51,588 bases of DNA from Candidatus Magasanikiibacteriota bacterium (lineage in GTDB: Bacteria > Patescibacteriota > Patescibacteriia > Magasanikbacterales > UBA922): contig JABIEQ010000017.1 of NCBI GenBank assembly GCA_018651085.1, forward strand, positions 1 to 51,588, in the 5' to 3' direction. The notes under the pieces were generated by a model. That model did no database searches and was not told the origin of the DNA. It was given only the letters and a program-made list of their open reading frames with translations. Both the position numbers and the translations under genes were made by a program. Every line of letters starts with the position of its first letter. Positions within the stretch are counted from its first letter, which is position 1. Shown one piece after another: positions 19,278-27,548 of this stretch.

Positions 19278-20426
19278 ATGGCTGAAGAATATGATCTCAC
19301 CCCTAAAAATGAGACTGATGATCTCGCTGAGAACCCTGAATTGCAACGACTAAATGCGTTTGCAGCAGACGAGATTATCACACAAGCCCAGGCAGTCTCT
19401 TCTTCTGAAGAAGGGCGTGTTTTAGTATCTGAACATCAACGTTCTAGAATGAAAGATGCTGTGGCTGAATCTATTTTACCCATTATCAATAAGATGTTTT
19501 CAGATATTATATCTGATGAAGATATCCCTGAACTTGATGAAGACGGTGCTGATCTTATTAAGTCATTTGCCGAGCCTGCTACTCCAGAAAATGTATACGA
19601 AGAATATTTAAATGATGTCGTAGCTCCACAGGCTGTAGCGCAAGAAACGGGTGTTGTCGCTGACGAATTAAAAGATGACGAAAATAAAGAAGATGCCGTA
19701 GCTGGGGAAGAAGGAGAGGAACAGGAAAATGAGGAGGAGGAAGAACAAGGTGATGAAGAAAATAAGGAGGAGGAAGAGGAGGAGGAAGAGGAGGAGGAAG
19801 CAGAAGAACAGGAGAAGGAAAAACAAGAGCAAGAACAGGGTAAAAAAGATCAGACATCTCCTCAACAAGAAGACCAAGCACCTCAAGAAGGACAAGATGA
19901 TGGAAAAAAGCAACAAGCACAAACTCAAGAAAAAGTTGCGAAGACAAAAAAAACATTCCAAAAAAAGATTGGATCTATTAAAAATCATGGAAATAGACTG
20001 GTTAAATCAACACAGCGACGTATTCGTAATCTCGAAAGGACAAGACAAGCACTTCAACTCACGAAAGGAACACTCCTTCTTGCTCTTCGGTCAGCACAAG
20101 CAACCTATTACTTTTTTCAATTTATTATTGCGATTGTCTTTGTGATAGGCTTTCTTCTGACACTTACAATTATCTTTTCTGAGGTCGGTGCGCCAATTAT
20201 GGGATTTTGTAATAGAGCATGGAGTTTTGCATCAAAAACATACAAAACGGCTATAAAACCGATGAAAGAGGCTATTGCTGGCATTGATGCAAAAATTCAA
20301 TCCCTTAGTGCTATTATTGCGAAACTGAGTATTACGGTGAAAAAAGTGCAACGTATGATTAATGGAAATATTAAAAAAGAAAAAAGAAAACTTCTCTCTC
20401 AAATTCAAGAACTTTCGTCGCAGTAG
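19278..20426 (+). CDS. Hypothetical membrane protein: acidic N-terminus with poly-Glu tract, one TM, basic coiled coils
   Basis: 382-aa ORF, E-rich tract, hydrophobic FFQFIIAIVFVIGFLLTLTIIF, K/R-rich heptads; followed by a terminator. Confidence 0.75.
   Translation: MAEEYDLTPKNETDDLAENPELQRLNAFAADEIITQAQAVSSSEEGRVLVSEHQRSRMKDAVAESILPIINKMFSDIISDEDIPELDEDGADLIKSFAEPATPENVYEEYLNDVVAPQAVAQETGVVADELKDDENKEDAVAGEEGEEQENEEEEEQGDEENKEEEEEEEEEEEAEEQEKEKQEQEQGKKDQTSPQQEDQAPQEGQDDGKKQQAQTQEKVAKTKKTFQKKIGSIKNHGNRLVKSTQRRIRNLERTRQALQLTKGTLLLALRSAQATYYFFQFIIAIVFVIGFLLTLTIIFSEVGAPIMGFCNRAWSFASKTYKTAIKPMKEAIAGIDAKIQSLSAIIAKLSITVKKVQRMINGNIKKEKRKLLSQIQELSSQ
19715..19840 (+). repeat. Low-complexity (GAG/GAA)n poly-Glu coding tract
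   Basis: GAGGAGGAAGAGGAGGAGGAAGAGGAGGAGGAAG run encoding EEEEEEEEEEE. Confidence 0.85.
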
Positions 20427-20458
20427 TCCGCTTCTTCTTAGAATTAACCTATATACAT

Positions 20459-20485
20459 AAAAAGATGCCCTGTGGCATCCTTTTT
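20459..20485 (+). terminator. Intrinsic terminator
   Basis: AAAAAGATGCC-CTGT-GGCATCCTTTTT. Confidence 0.75.
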
Positions 20486-20550
20486 ATTTGTAAATATAGG
20501 GAAAAACGATTATACTACTAGTCAGTTTCTCTCTTTTTTACTTATTATCT

Positions 20551-21777
20551 ATGGATAAAAAACGCGTCTTTGCTGCTATTATTTTTGTCATACTTGTTGG
20601 CATTATTGGTTTCTTTTTATATCGACTCTTTTTTGCACAACCCGCACCACAAACTCCGCCGACACTTACTGAAGGTACTATTGATATTACAGACTTTCCG
20701 CAATCAGATGAACGGGTTTTTGATGAAACACAAGATCCGACGTCCTCTGATCTCCCTTTTTCTGATACTCGTGATGATCTTACTTCACGAACTCCGTCCG
20801 TTGGAGAAGAACCTGCTCGTATACGCCAAGTTGTTGATACTCGTATTATTTCTCCAGCTGTCGACAATAGAGGAAACGTTCGTTTCTATAATCAACAAGA
20901 TGGGAAATTTTACACCGTTGGACCTAATGATACTGTCTCAGCGCTTTCTTCTGAAATCTTTTTTAATGCAGAAAAAATAACCTGGTCCCCTACTACTGAC
21001 GAGTCTATTATTGAATATCCTGATCAATCAAAAATTTATTATAATTTTGATACGGGAAAACAAGTAACCCTTCCAAAACATTGGGAAGAGTTTTCTTTTT
21101 CTACTCAGGGAGACAAGATTGCTGCAAAAAGTGTTGGACTGTCTCCTGATAACCGTTGGCTTATTACAAGTGACCCTGATGGAAGAAATACAAAACGGGT
21201 TGAGGCTCTTGGAGAAAATGGAAATAAAGTTACTGTTGACTGGTCTCCTAATAACCAAGTCGTGGCACTATCACGAACAGGGGCTCCACTTGGTGCAGAA
21301 AGACAAGAAGTGCTCTTAGTTGGTCAACATGGAGAAAACTTTAGGTCCCTCGTTGTTGAAGGGCGTGACTTTAGATCAAAATGGTCAGCTGATGGAAAAC
21401 AACTTGTATACAGTGTATTTAATAGCAGAAATGGCTTCCGCCCAGAACTTTGGGTAGTGAATGCTGAAGGAGATAATATTGGAACAGGTCGGCGAACTCT
21501 TGGTGTAAATACTTGGGCTGATAAATGTACATTCCAAGATGAACGTTTTGTCTTTTGTGCTGTTCCTAGTTCTCTTGAAAGTGGATCTGGGTTTCAACCA
21601 AGTCTTGCTGATACCACTGCTGATAACATTTTTCGTATTGATCTTCAAACTGGTCTTAGATCACTTATTGATTTTGAAGGATCTCATATTGTTGACACTA
21701 TTTTTATGGGAGAAGACAATGACACGCTTTACTTTACTGATAAAATTGGCGGAGATCTTCTTCGTATTGATATTTAA
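20551..21777 (+). CDS. Membrane-anchored TolB/WD40-like beta-propeller protein
   Basis: N-terminal TM, P/T-rich linker, repeats ITWSPT, FSFSTQGDKIA, VDWSPNNQ, KWSADGKQLVY, LYFTD. Confidence 0.75.
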   Translation: MDKKRVFAAIIFVILVGIIGFFLYRLFFAQPAPQTPPTLTEGTIDITDFPQSDERVFDETQDPTSSDLPFSDTRDDLTSRTPSVGEEPARIRQVVDTRIISPAVDNRGNVRFYNQQDGKFYTVGPNDTVSALSSEIFFNAEKITWSPTTDESIIEYPDQSKIYYNFDTGKQVTLPKHWEEFSFSTQGDKIAAKSVGLSPDNRWLITSDPDGRNTKRVEALGENGNKVTVDWSPNNQVVALSRTGAPLGAERQEVLLVGQHGENFRSLVVEGRDFRSKWSADGKQLVYSVFNSRNGFRPELWVVNAEGDNIGTGRRTLGVNTWADKCTFQDERFVFCAVPSSLESGSGFQPSLADTTADNIFRIDLQTGLRSLIDFEGSHIVDTIFMGEDNDTLYFTDKIGGDLLRIDI

Positions 21778-21782
21778 TCCCT

Positions 21783-22424
21783 ATGATTAAACACTCTCAC
21801 TCTTTTCTCATTTTTATTCCAGCGATTCTTATTGCCATTTTTGCATTGTTTTTTCGCGTTGTGCAATATGAATCAATTAATAACGTTCCAGAAGAAGAAA
21901 CAGCGCTACCTGATGATTTTCGTATCCCTATTTATCCTGATGATCCTATCATTGGAAAACGTACCGCAAGAAAAACTATTATTGCTTTTGAAGACTTTGG
22001 TTGCGAAGGATGTCGAATACAGTCTGATATTCTTGAACGAATTATTGCAAAACATCCCGATGATGTGAAAGTTATTTGGAAGGGACTCCCCGTCACACAC
22101 TTCCCTTTCCCATCAAACGAAGCGCACCGATATAGTTACTGTGCGAATAAACAAGGGGAATTTGAACCCTTTACCAAACTTGCTTTTTCTCAGTTTGATA
22201 ATTTATCGCCAACAACACTTGATGCTATATCTGAAAAAGTTGAATTAAAGGACAAAAAGCTTCGTGAGTGCCTTGAAAATCCAGGAACAAATGCTCATAT
22301 TGATAGAACAGCACAACTTGCTACTATTCTTAATATACAGGCTGTACCTGCCATGTTTGTTGATTTTACTCAAGTGCAACCCCCTGTCACGGTTAGCGGA
22401 TGGGAAGCACTCTTAGGTTTATAA
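21783..22424 (+). CDS. DsbA-family thiol:disulfide oxidoreductase
   Basis: TM anchor, DPIIG...A..TII.FEDFGCEGC, VKVIWK.LP, A..LNIQAVP.MFV (cis-Pro loop). Confidence 0.88.
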   Translation: MIKHSHSFLIFIPAILIAIFALFFRVVQYESINNVPEEETALPDDFRIPIYPDDPIIGKRTARKTIIAFEDFGCEGCRIQSDILERIIAKHPDDVKVIWKGLPVTHFPFPSNEAHRYSYCANKQGEFEPFTKLAFSQFDNLSPTTLDAISEKVELKDKKLRECLENPGTNAHIDRTAQLATILNIQAVPAMFVDFTQVQPPVTVSGWEALLGL

Positions 22425-22428
22425 TCTT

Positions 22429-24450
22429 ATGCGCATTCGCATTCTTCTTTTTTGTGCAATACTCTTTACTGCGCTGAGTTTTTTTCCTGCTCCATCTTAT
22501 GCTGCATTAGAAAGTGATGGTGTTATTTATAATGAATTAAATTACCCTAACCCAGTTGATAAAGGGCTTATTTGGTTACCTGAACACGCTGTTAATACTG
22601 GTGGAACATACCCGGTGTTTGTTCTTATTCATGGGAAACTTCAACCTGATCGTCATAAACTTCGCTATTTAGGTAGGGGTGCTCAACCAATGGATAAAAC
22701 CATTAAACCCGTTATAGCAAGTGGTGACATCCCTCCGACAATTATTATATCCCCAATGGATTGGGCTGGATATCTTGAAGGATCTTTTTCTGTTAACCCA
22801 CGAATGCGAGGTCATACCAATGTTCCTTTCACCGTTGCTGAATTACTTGACCATGCTGAGCGTATTATCCAAACACATAAGCCAAATGTATCTATTGATA
22901 GAGATCAAGTCATTATAGCAGGGCATAGTAATGGTGCGGGAAGTCTTGATACTGCAGGTGTTTATGGCGCAGTGAAACATAATAACGGAATAATCTATAA
23001 AGGTGTTGGTATCCTTGATGGAGGAATATCTAAGGGGAGGGCGGAGATTCTCCTTGCTAATATGAGCAATTTTTCTTCAGTTGTAGCTATTGGCTCTCGA
23101 AATATTGGTGGATCAAACCAATGGATTCAATCTATTATGGGACCATCGGCTTCTGATTATGATAATTGTGCGGCACTTCGTCTTTACTCAAAATGTAAAG
23201 TACATAATAGTAAACCTTTTTATTATTTTCAAACTAAAACAACAGGTGAACACGATGCTACTCTCCAATATTTTGTAAAGCACGGACTCCCTCTTATTTT
23301 TGGAGATGGTGGTTCAGTTGGTTCTCCTTCAAAAAATGTTCGAGAAGAAATTAACGATATATTAAGTCAGCCTAAAACGGTTATTGGCATTCCAGGACTT
23401 GAATTTACGGGAATCGATGATTTACGCCAGGCTGTACAAGAAAATAATGGACAATTTTTCATTATTATTCCTTTTATTGGTGAATATATTGAGGCTGTAT
23501 ACCGCTATGCCCTTGCAGCAGCCTCTGTTGTTGCTATTATTATGATGATTGTAGCTGGACTTCAATGGATGACCTCAGCTGGAAGTTCCGATGGTATTCA
23601 AAAAGCAAAAGCCCGAATGACAAAAGCAGTTATTGGTCTTCTTATCGCTATGGGATCATATCTAATTTTATATACTATCAATCCTGAACTTATTAAGTTT
23701 AGGAATCTTCGTATCCAGTATGTTGAAGAAATTCCTCTTCCAACTTTCGTGCTTGATGGTGAATATGAATCTCAATCAGGTGAATTTGGTCCCTCTTCAA
23801 CGTATGATTCTTCTGTCCTACCAAATGATGGTGTTCCCCATTTTGGCCAATGCGATCCTAAGTGGGCAGAACAAGCCTGGGGTAGAGTAAATGGCTGTAC
23901 TTCTGGTAAAAATAATATTTGTAGTTCCGGGTGTGGGATCACTTCTTTATCAATGGTCCTCACGTCATACAGAGATAAAGTTGCCGATCCATACAAGGAC
24001 AAAACACAACCACCTCATATTGCTGATTGGACTGAAAAAAATAAATATAGAGGTATTGGTCCAGGGAGTCCTCCTGGGGCAACGTGTAATGGAACATCAT
24101 GGAAAGGAATGCAAGCAGTTAGCGAAGAGTATGGGATGAAAGCAAAGCTTCTGGGAAGTGTTACAGCGGCCACCCCCTATCTTGAAAAAAAACAACCCGT
24201 TGTGGTGCATGTCGCAAACCTCAACCGTAAAAAGAAATACGCATCAAAAGCTGACAGAAAAGCTGATACTACTTGTAAATTTACGTCTGGCGGTCACTAT
24301 ATTGTTCTTACTGGATATGATACGGCGACAGGTATTTACACGGTAAATGATCCCGGAAGAAATCGTCCACCTAACGAGAGAAAGCAGGCGACGAAAGCAT
24401 ATCTTGAAGATAACTGTCATGCTGCTGGCTTTCTTCTTGTCACTCCATAA
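22429..24450 (+). CDS. Secreted/membrane fusion: alpha/beta hydrolase + VirB2/pilin-like TM hairpin + C39-like cysteine peptidase
   Basis: Signal peptide; YPVFVLIHG, IAGHSNGAG, GEHD; IPFIGEYI...AGLQWMTSAG...AKARM..AVIGL...SYLILYTINPEL; HFGQCDPKW, ICSSGCGITSLSMVL, GHYIVLTGYD, VNDPG. Confidence 0.8.
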   Translation: MRIRILLFCAILFTALSFFPAPSYAALESDGVIYNELNYPNPVDKGLIWLPEHAVNTGGTYPVFVLIHGKLQPDRHKLRYLGRGAQPMDKTIKPVIASGDIPPTIIISPMDWAGYLEGSFSVNPRMRGHTNVPFTVAELLDHAERIIQTHKPNVSIDRDQVIIAGHSNGAGSLDTAGVYGAVKHNNGIIYKGVGILDGGISKGRAEILLANMSNFSSVVAIGSRNIGGSNQWIQSIMGPSASDYDNCAALRLYSKCKVHNSKPFYYFQTKTTGEHDATLQYFVKHGLPLIFGDGGSVGSPSKNVREEINDILSQPKTVIGIPGLEFTGIDDLRQAVQENNGQFFIIIPFIGEYIEAVYRYALAAASVVAIIMMIVAGLQWMTSAGSSDGIQKAKARMTKAVIGLLIAMGSYLILYTINPELIKFRNLRIQYVEEIPLPTFVLDGEYESQSGEFGPSSTYDSSVLPNDGVPHFGQCDPKWAEQAWGRVNGCTSGKNNICSSGCGITSLSMVLTSYRDKVADPYKDKTQPPHIADWTEKNKYRGIGPGSPPGATCNGTSWKGMQAVSEEYGMKAKLLGSVTAATPYLEKKQPVVVHVANLNRKKKYASKADRKADTTCKFTSGGHYIVLTGYDTATGIYTVNDPGRNRPPNERKQATKAYLEDNCHAAGFLLVTP

Positions 24451-24461
24451 TCCATCTTTTC

Positions 24462-25754
24462 ATGCTCCGACATTTTTTTTCAATTCGAGGATACTTCCTT
24501 TCATCTATTCTAGCAGGGGTTCTTTTATTTACTTTATTTTTTCCTTTTGTTGTATATGGAGCTAGTACGGATCTCCCAACTGACAAGGCTCCTGTTTTTG
24601 ATCCACAACTAGAAATATCCATCCCTGGACTAGATTTCACAAGTGCTGAAGATGTCCGAGATACCGCACATATAGCAAAAGATGGCTCAACATACATTAC
24701 TATTCCTTTTCTTGGTGAATACATTTCTGCTATTTTTACCTATGGTGTTGCGGTGTCTACTATCCTTGCAATGTTTATGTGCCTTATTGGTGGATTGCAA
24801 TGGATGGTATCTCGAGGGGATGGTCCTGCCATTCAAGCAGCGAAAAGCCGCATGGTAAAAGCGATTATTGGGTTACTTTTAGCCTTGGGATCGTATACTA
24901 TATTATATACAATAAATCCTGAACTTATTAAGTTTAGAAACTTACGAGTGTTGTATGTACGGCAGATTGATTTATCGAAATATATTGTTGCTCTTGTTGG
25001 TGAAGGTGGTACGGTTACCCCTATCACAGACCCTAATGTCCATCATGCTAAACCTGGGGCAAAAAACCAAAAACTTACAGACGAGATGATGATTGACATT
25101 GCTGATAGGATGGGTATTGATAAATGTATTGTATTATCTACCATTAAAAAAGAATCTGGGGGTAATCTCCATCTCATTGGACACGACGAAAATTTTCCTG
25201 TCACTAGGCGTGGAAAAATTTGTCCAACGGTTAGCGCTCGAAAATCTTTTCTTTCTCATGGAAGAACCTTTAAAAATGTAGGGTTTACTCCAATTCCCCT
25301 TGACACATATAACCCTTGTATTCATAACAATTACAAAGTAAGCGGGAAAATTATTAAAAATGATGATAAATTTGACCTTAACAGTCCCCCCGAGTATGGT
25401 TTAGATTGGCGATATTCTCATGGAATTGGGTTTGGTCAAATTACCATTTTTCCTGATCCTAAAAAATCAAGTTGGAATAGCCAAATTAATGGGCCCAATG
25501 GTCCTGAATGGGCCCGTAAAATTATTGATCGATGGTACACTGTGAGTGATCTTTTAAATGCTGATAAACAACTTGAAGCGACTATTCTTTTAATGAATCA
25601 TGTATATAAAGCGGCCAAAGGTGATGTTGAAAACTTTTTTAAACGATATGCCGGTGGAGCAGCAGGGATTCCTCGAGCGATGAAATTTTATTGCTCTTGT
25701 CTAGACACCCATACTGATCTCCCCCGTGAACCAGCGTGTGTTAATTATAAATAA
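24462..25754 (+). CDS. Secreted/membrane fusion: VirB2/pilin-like TM hairpin + lysozyme/lytic-transglycosylase-like domain
   Basis: Signal peptide; same hairpin module (IPFLGEYI...GLQWMVSRG...AKSRM..AIIGL...SYTILYTINPELIKFRNLR); then IADRMGIDKCIVLSTIKKESGG, GFGQIT, LLNADKQLEA, KRYAGG resembling SLT motifs I-III. Confidence 0.7.
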   Translation: MLRHFFSIRGYFLSSILAGVLLFTLFFPFVVYGASTDLPTDKAPVFDPQLEISIPGLDFTSAEDVRDTAHIAKDGSTYITIPFLGEYISAIFTYGVAVSTILAMFMCLIGGLQWMVSRGDGPAIQAAKSRMVKAIIGLLLALGSYTILYTINPELIKFRNLRVLYVRQIDLSKYIVALVGEGGTVTPITDPNVHHAKPGAKNQKLTDEMMIDIADRMGIDKCIVLSTIKKESGGNLHLIGHDENFPVTRRGKICPTVSARKSFLSHGRTFKNVGFTPIPLDTYNPCIHNNYKVSGKIIKNDDKFDLNSPPEYGLDWRYSHGIGFGQITIFPDPKKSSWNSQINGPNGPEWARKIIDRWYTVSDLLNADKQLEATILLMNHVYKAAKGDVENFFKRYAGGAAGIPRAMKFYCSCLDTHTDLPREPACVNYK

Positions 25755-25759
25755 TATTT

Positions 25760-27091
25760 GTGGCTAAAACATCTATCCTCTTTTCTTGTACATCTTGCGA
25801 TGCTCAGTTTCAAAAATGGACTGGGCGTTGTTTTGAATGTGGCAATTGGGGTTCTATCAAAGAACACTATTCTTCTGAATCGTCATCATCTCCAAAAACA
25901 ACTATTCCTCCTCTTGAGATGGCCACCCTTAGTGATATTTCTAAGGTGAATGTCTCTCGATTTTCTACACACCTCCCTGAATGTGACCGAGTATTCGGTG
26001 GTGGTATTGTTCCTGGAAGCCTTACCCTTCTTGGCGGAGAGCCTGGTATTGGTAAATCGACGCTTTCTTTACAACTTGCGACAGCTATTACTCCAACACT
26101 CTATATTTCAGGGGAAGAATCTACTGAACAGATATCTTTACGCGCAAAGAGACTTCAAGCTTCATCAAACCCTCTTAAATTAGTAAATGCGGTAAACATT
26201 GAACGTATTTGTGCAACAATTATTAAAGAATCTCCACAACTTGTTATTCTTGATTCGATTCAAACAGTGTATAGCCCTGAAGCGAGTGGAAGTTCAGGAA
26301 GCCCAAATCAAATCCGATCATGTACCGTGCAGTTAATGAGTGTTGCTAAAAAATATAATATTGCAATTATTATTATTGGGCATGTTACAAAAGACGGTGC
26401 TGTTGCAGGGCCAAAAACATTAGAACATCTTGTTGACACCGTATTATATCTTGAAGGAGATCGTCACCATAGCTATAGAATGCTCCGTGCAGTTAAGAAC
26501 AGATTTGGTTCAACTGACGAACTTGGAGTGTTTGATATGACAGAAACAGGTCTTCATAGCGTTGAGAACCCTTCAGCGGCACTTTTAGAAGAGCGTGGGG
26601 CTTCCATGCCAGGAAGCGTTGTCACGTGTCTTCTTGAAGGATCACGACCACTTCTCGTGGAAGTACAAGCACTGCTTACAAAGACAGCCTTTGGGTACCC
26701 ACAACGAAAAGCGAGTGGCTTTGATTTAAATAGACTGCATGTATTACTTGCGGTCCTTGAAAAACGAGCTGGTCTTTCTCTTACTCAATACGATGTCCAT
26801 ATTAATGTTGTTGGCGGCATAAAAGCGAATGAACCCGGTGCTGATCTGGCAGTTTGCCTTGCAGTAGCCAGCGCATATAAAGATGTCTCTTTAGGAAACG
26901 ACCTTGTCGTGTTTGGTGAAGTTGGCCTTGGTGGTGAAGTACGAAGTGTTACCCAAGCAGAAAAACGTCTGAAAGAATGCGCTCACCTAGGTATGAAACG
27001 CGTTATTCTTGGTCATAAAAAGAAATTGACATCAAATGACCTTACTATCATATCGGTAAAAAGCATACCTGAACTTATTAAACAGACATAA
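25760..27091 (+). CDS. radA: DNA repair protein RadA/Sms
   Basis: C4 zinc finger (CTSC...KWTGRCFECG.W), GGEPGIGKST, YISGEES, LDSIQT, GHVTKDG.VAGPK.LEHLVD, KNRFG, FGEVGLGGEVR; GTG start. Confidence 0.97.
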   Translation: MAKTSILFSCTSCDAQFQKWTGRCFECGNWGSIKEHYSSESSSSPKTTIPPLEMATLSDISKVNVSRFSTHLPECDRVFGGGIVPGSLTLLGGEPGIGKSTLSLQLATAITPTLYISGEESTEQISLRAKRLQASSNPLKLVNAVNIERICATIIKESPQLVILDSIQTVYSPEASGSSGSPNQIRSCTVQLMSVAKKYNIAIIIIGHVTKDGAVAGPKTLEHLVDTVLYLEGDRHHSYRMLRAVKNRFGSTDELGVFDMTETGLHSVENPSAALLEERGASMPGSVVTCLLEGSRPLLVEVQALLTKTAFGYPQRKASGFDLNRLHVLLAVLEKRAGLSLTQYDVHINVVGGIKANEPGADLAVCLAVASAYKDVSLGNDLVVFGEVGLGGEVRSVTQAEKRLKECAHLGMKRVILGHKKKLTSNDLTIISVKSIPELIKQT

Positions 27092-27118
27092 AAAAATACC
27101 GATTATTGGTATTTTTTT
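27090..27118 (+). terminator. Intrinsic terminator after radA
   Basis: AAAAAAATACCGAT-T-ATTGGTATTTTTTT (G.U pair valid on +). Confidence 0.75.
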
Positions 27119-27156
27119 ATTCTCTAGAGTATATATAGGTATATATCTTCTATGAA

Positions 27157-27193
27157 GAGGGTCGTCCGTGAGTATGACTCACGGACGACCCTC
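27157..27193. repeat. Perfect 17-bp GC-rich inverted repeat with 3-nt loop
   Basis: GAGGGTCGTCCGTGAGT-ATG-ACTCACGGACGACCCTC; no clear U-tract on either side. Confidence 0.9.
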
Positions 27194-27212
27194 GTGACAG
27201 GACGAGTAGCTC

Positions 27213-27410
27213 TCACCCTTCCCGGGACGGCTTCGTCGATTTCTCCCTCGGGCGCATGCCCGTGTTTTTGGGATCATTGCTCCCCTGCTGAGCTTGAAGG
27301 CGTTGCCGCCGAAGAGCTCGAGACACCTTGAGATTATGGACTGTCACCGGATCCATCCAGAACCTCTCACGAGGCGTGGATCCTCTTGAGACTTTACCAC
27401 TCGTCGCCAT
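27213..27410 (-). CDS. Small basic orphan ORF (65 aa) in a highly structured GC-rich transcript (may instead be an ncRNA)
   Basis: Consensus promoter upstream, GGAGG 5 nt before ATG, 17-bp hairpin downstream; no homology recognised. Confidence 0.5.
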   Translation of the reverse strand: MATSGKVSRGSTPRERFWMDPVTVHNLKVSRALRRQRLQAQQGSNDPKNTGMRPREKSTKPSREG

Positions 27411-27465
27411 CTATTCCTCCCTGAAGGAAACCCTACCACCATGGCTAAGTTTCAATATACAAAAA

Positions 27466-27494
27466 ATTATATACACTCTTTTGATGTTTGTCAA
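27466..27494 (-). promoter_or_regulatory. Perfect consensus sigma70 promoter TTGACA-17-TATAAT
   Basis: Reverse complement reads TTGACA aacatcaaaagagtgta TATAAT. Confidence 0.85.
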
Positions 27495-27548
27495 TAACAA
27501 AACCCGCATAAAGCGGGCACTATTTATTCTAAACTTATTACAAATCAT

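Noticed and set aside
19579..20145. Alternative-frame Pro/Leu/Phe- or Arg/Lys-rich ORFs
   Set aside because: Artefacts of the GAG/GAA poly-Glu repeat.
27131..27146. ATATATA-GG-TATATAT inverted repeat
   Set aside because: Low-complexity TA run, expected by chance in AT-rich intergenic DNA.
27157..27460. Assignment as IS/MITE or CRISPR repeat
   Set aside because: The 17-bp inverted repeat is a single local hairpin, not terminal repeats with target duplication; I saw no second copy, spacers, transposase or cas genes.
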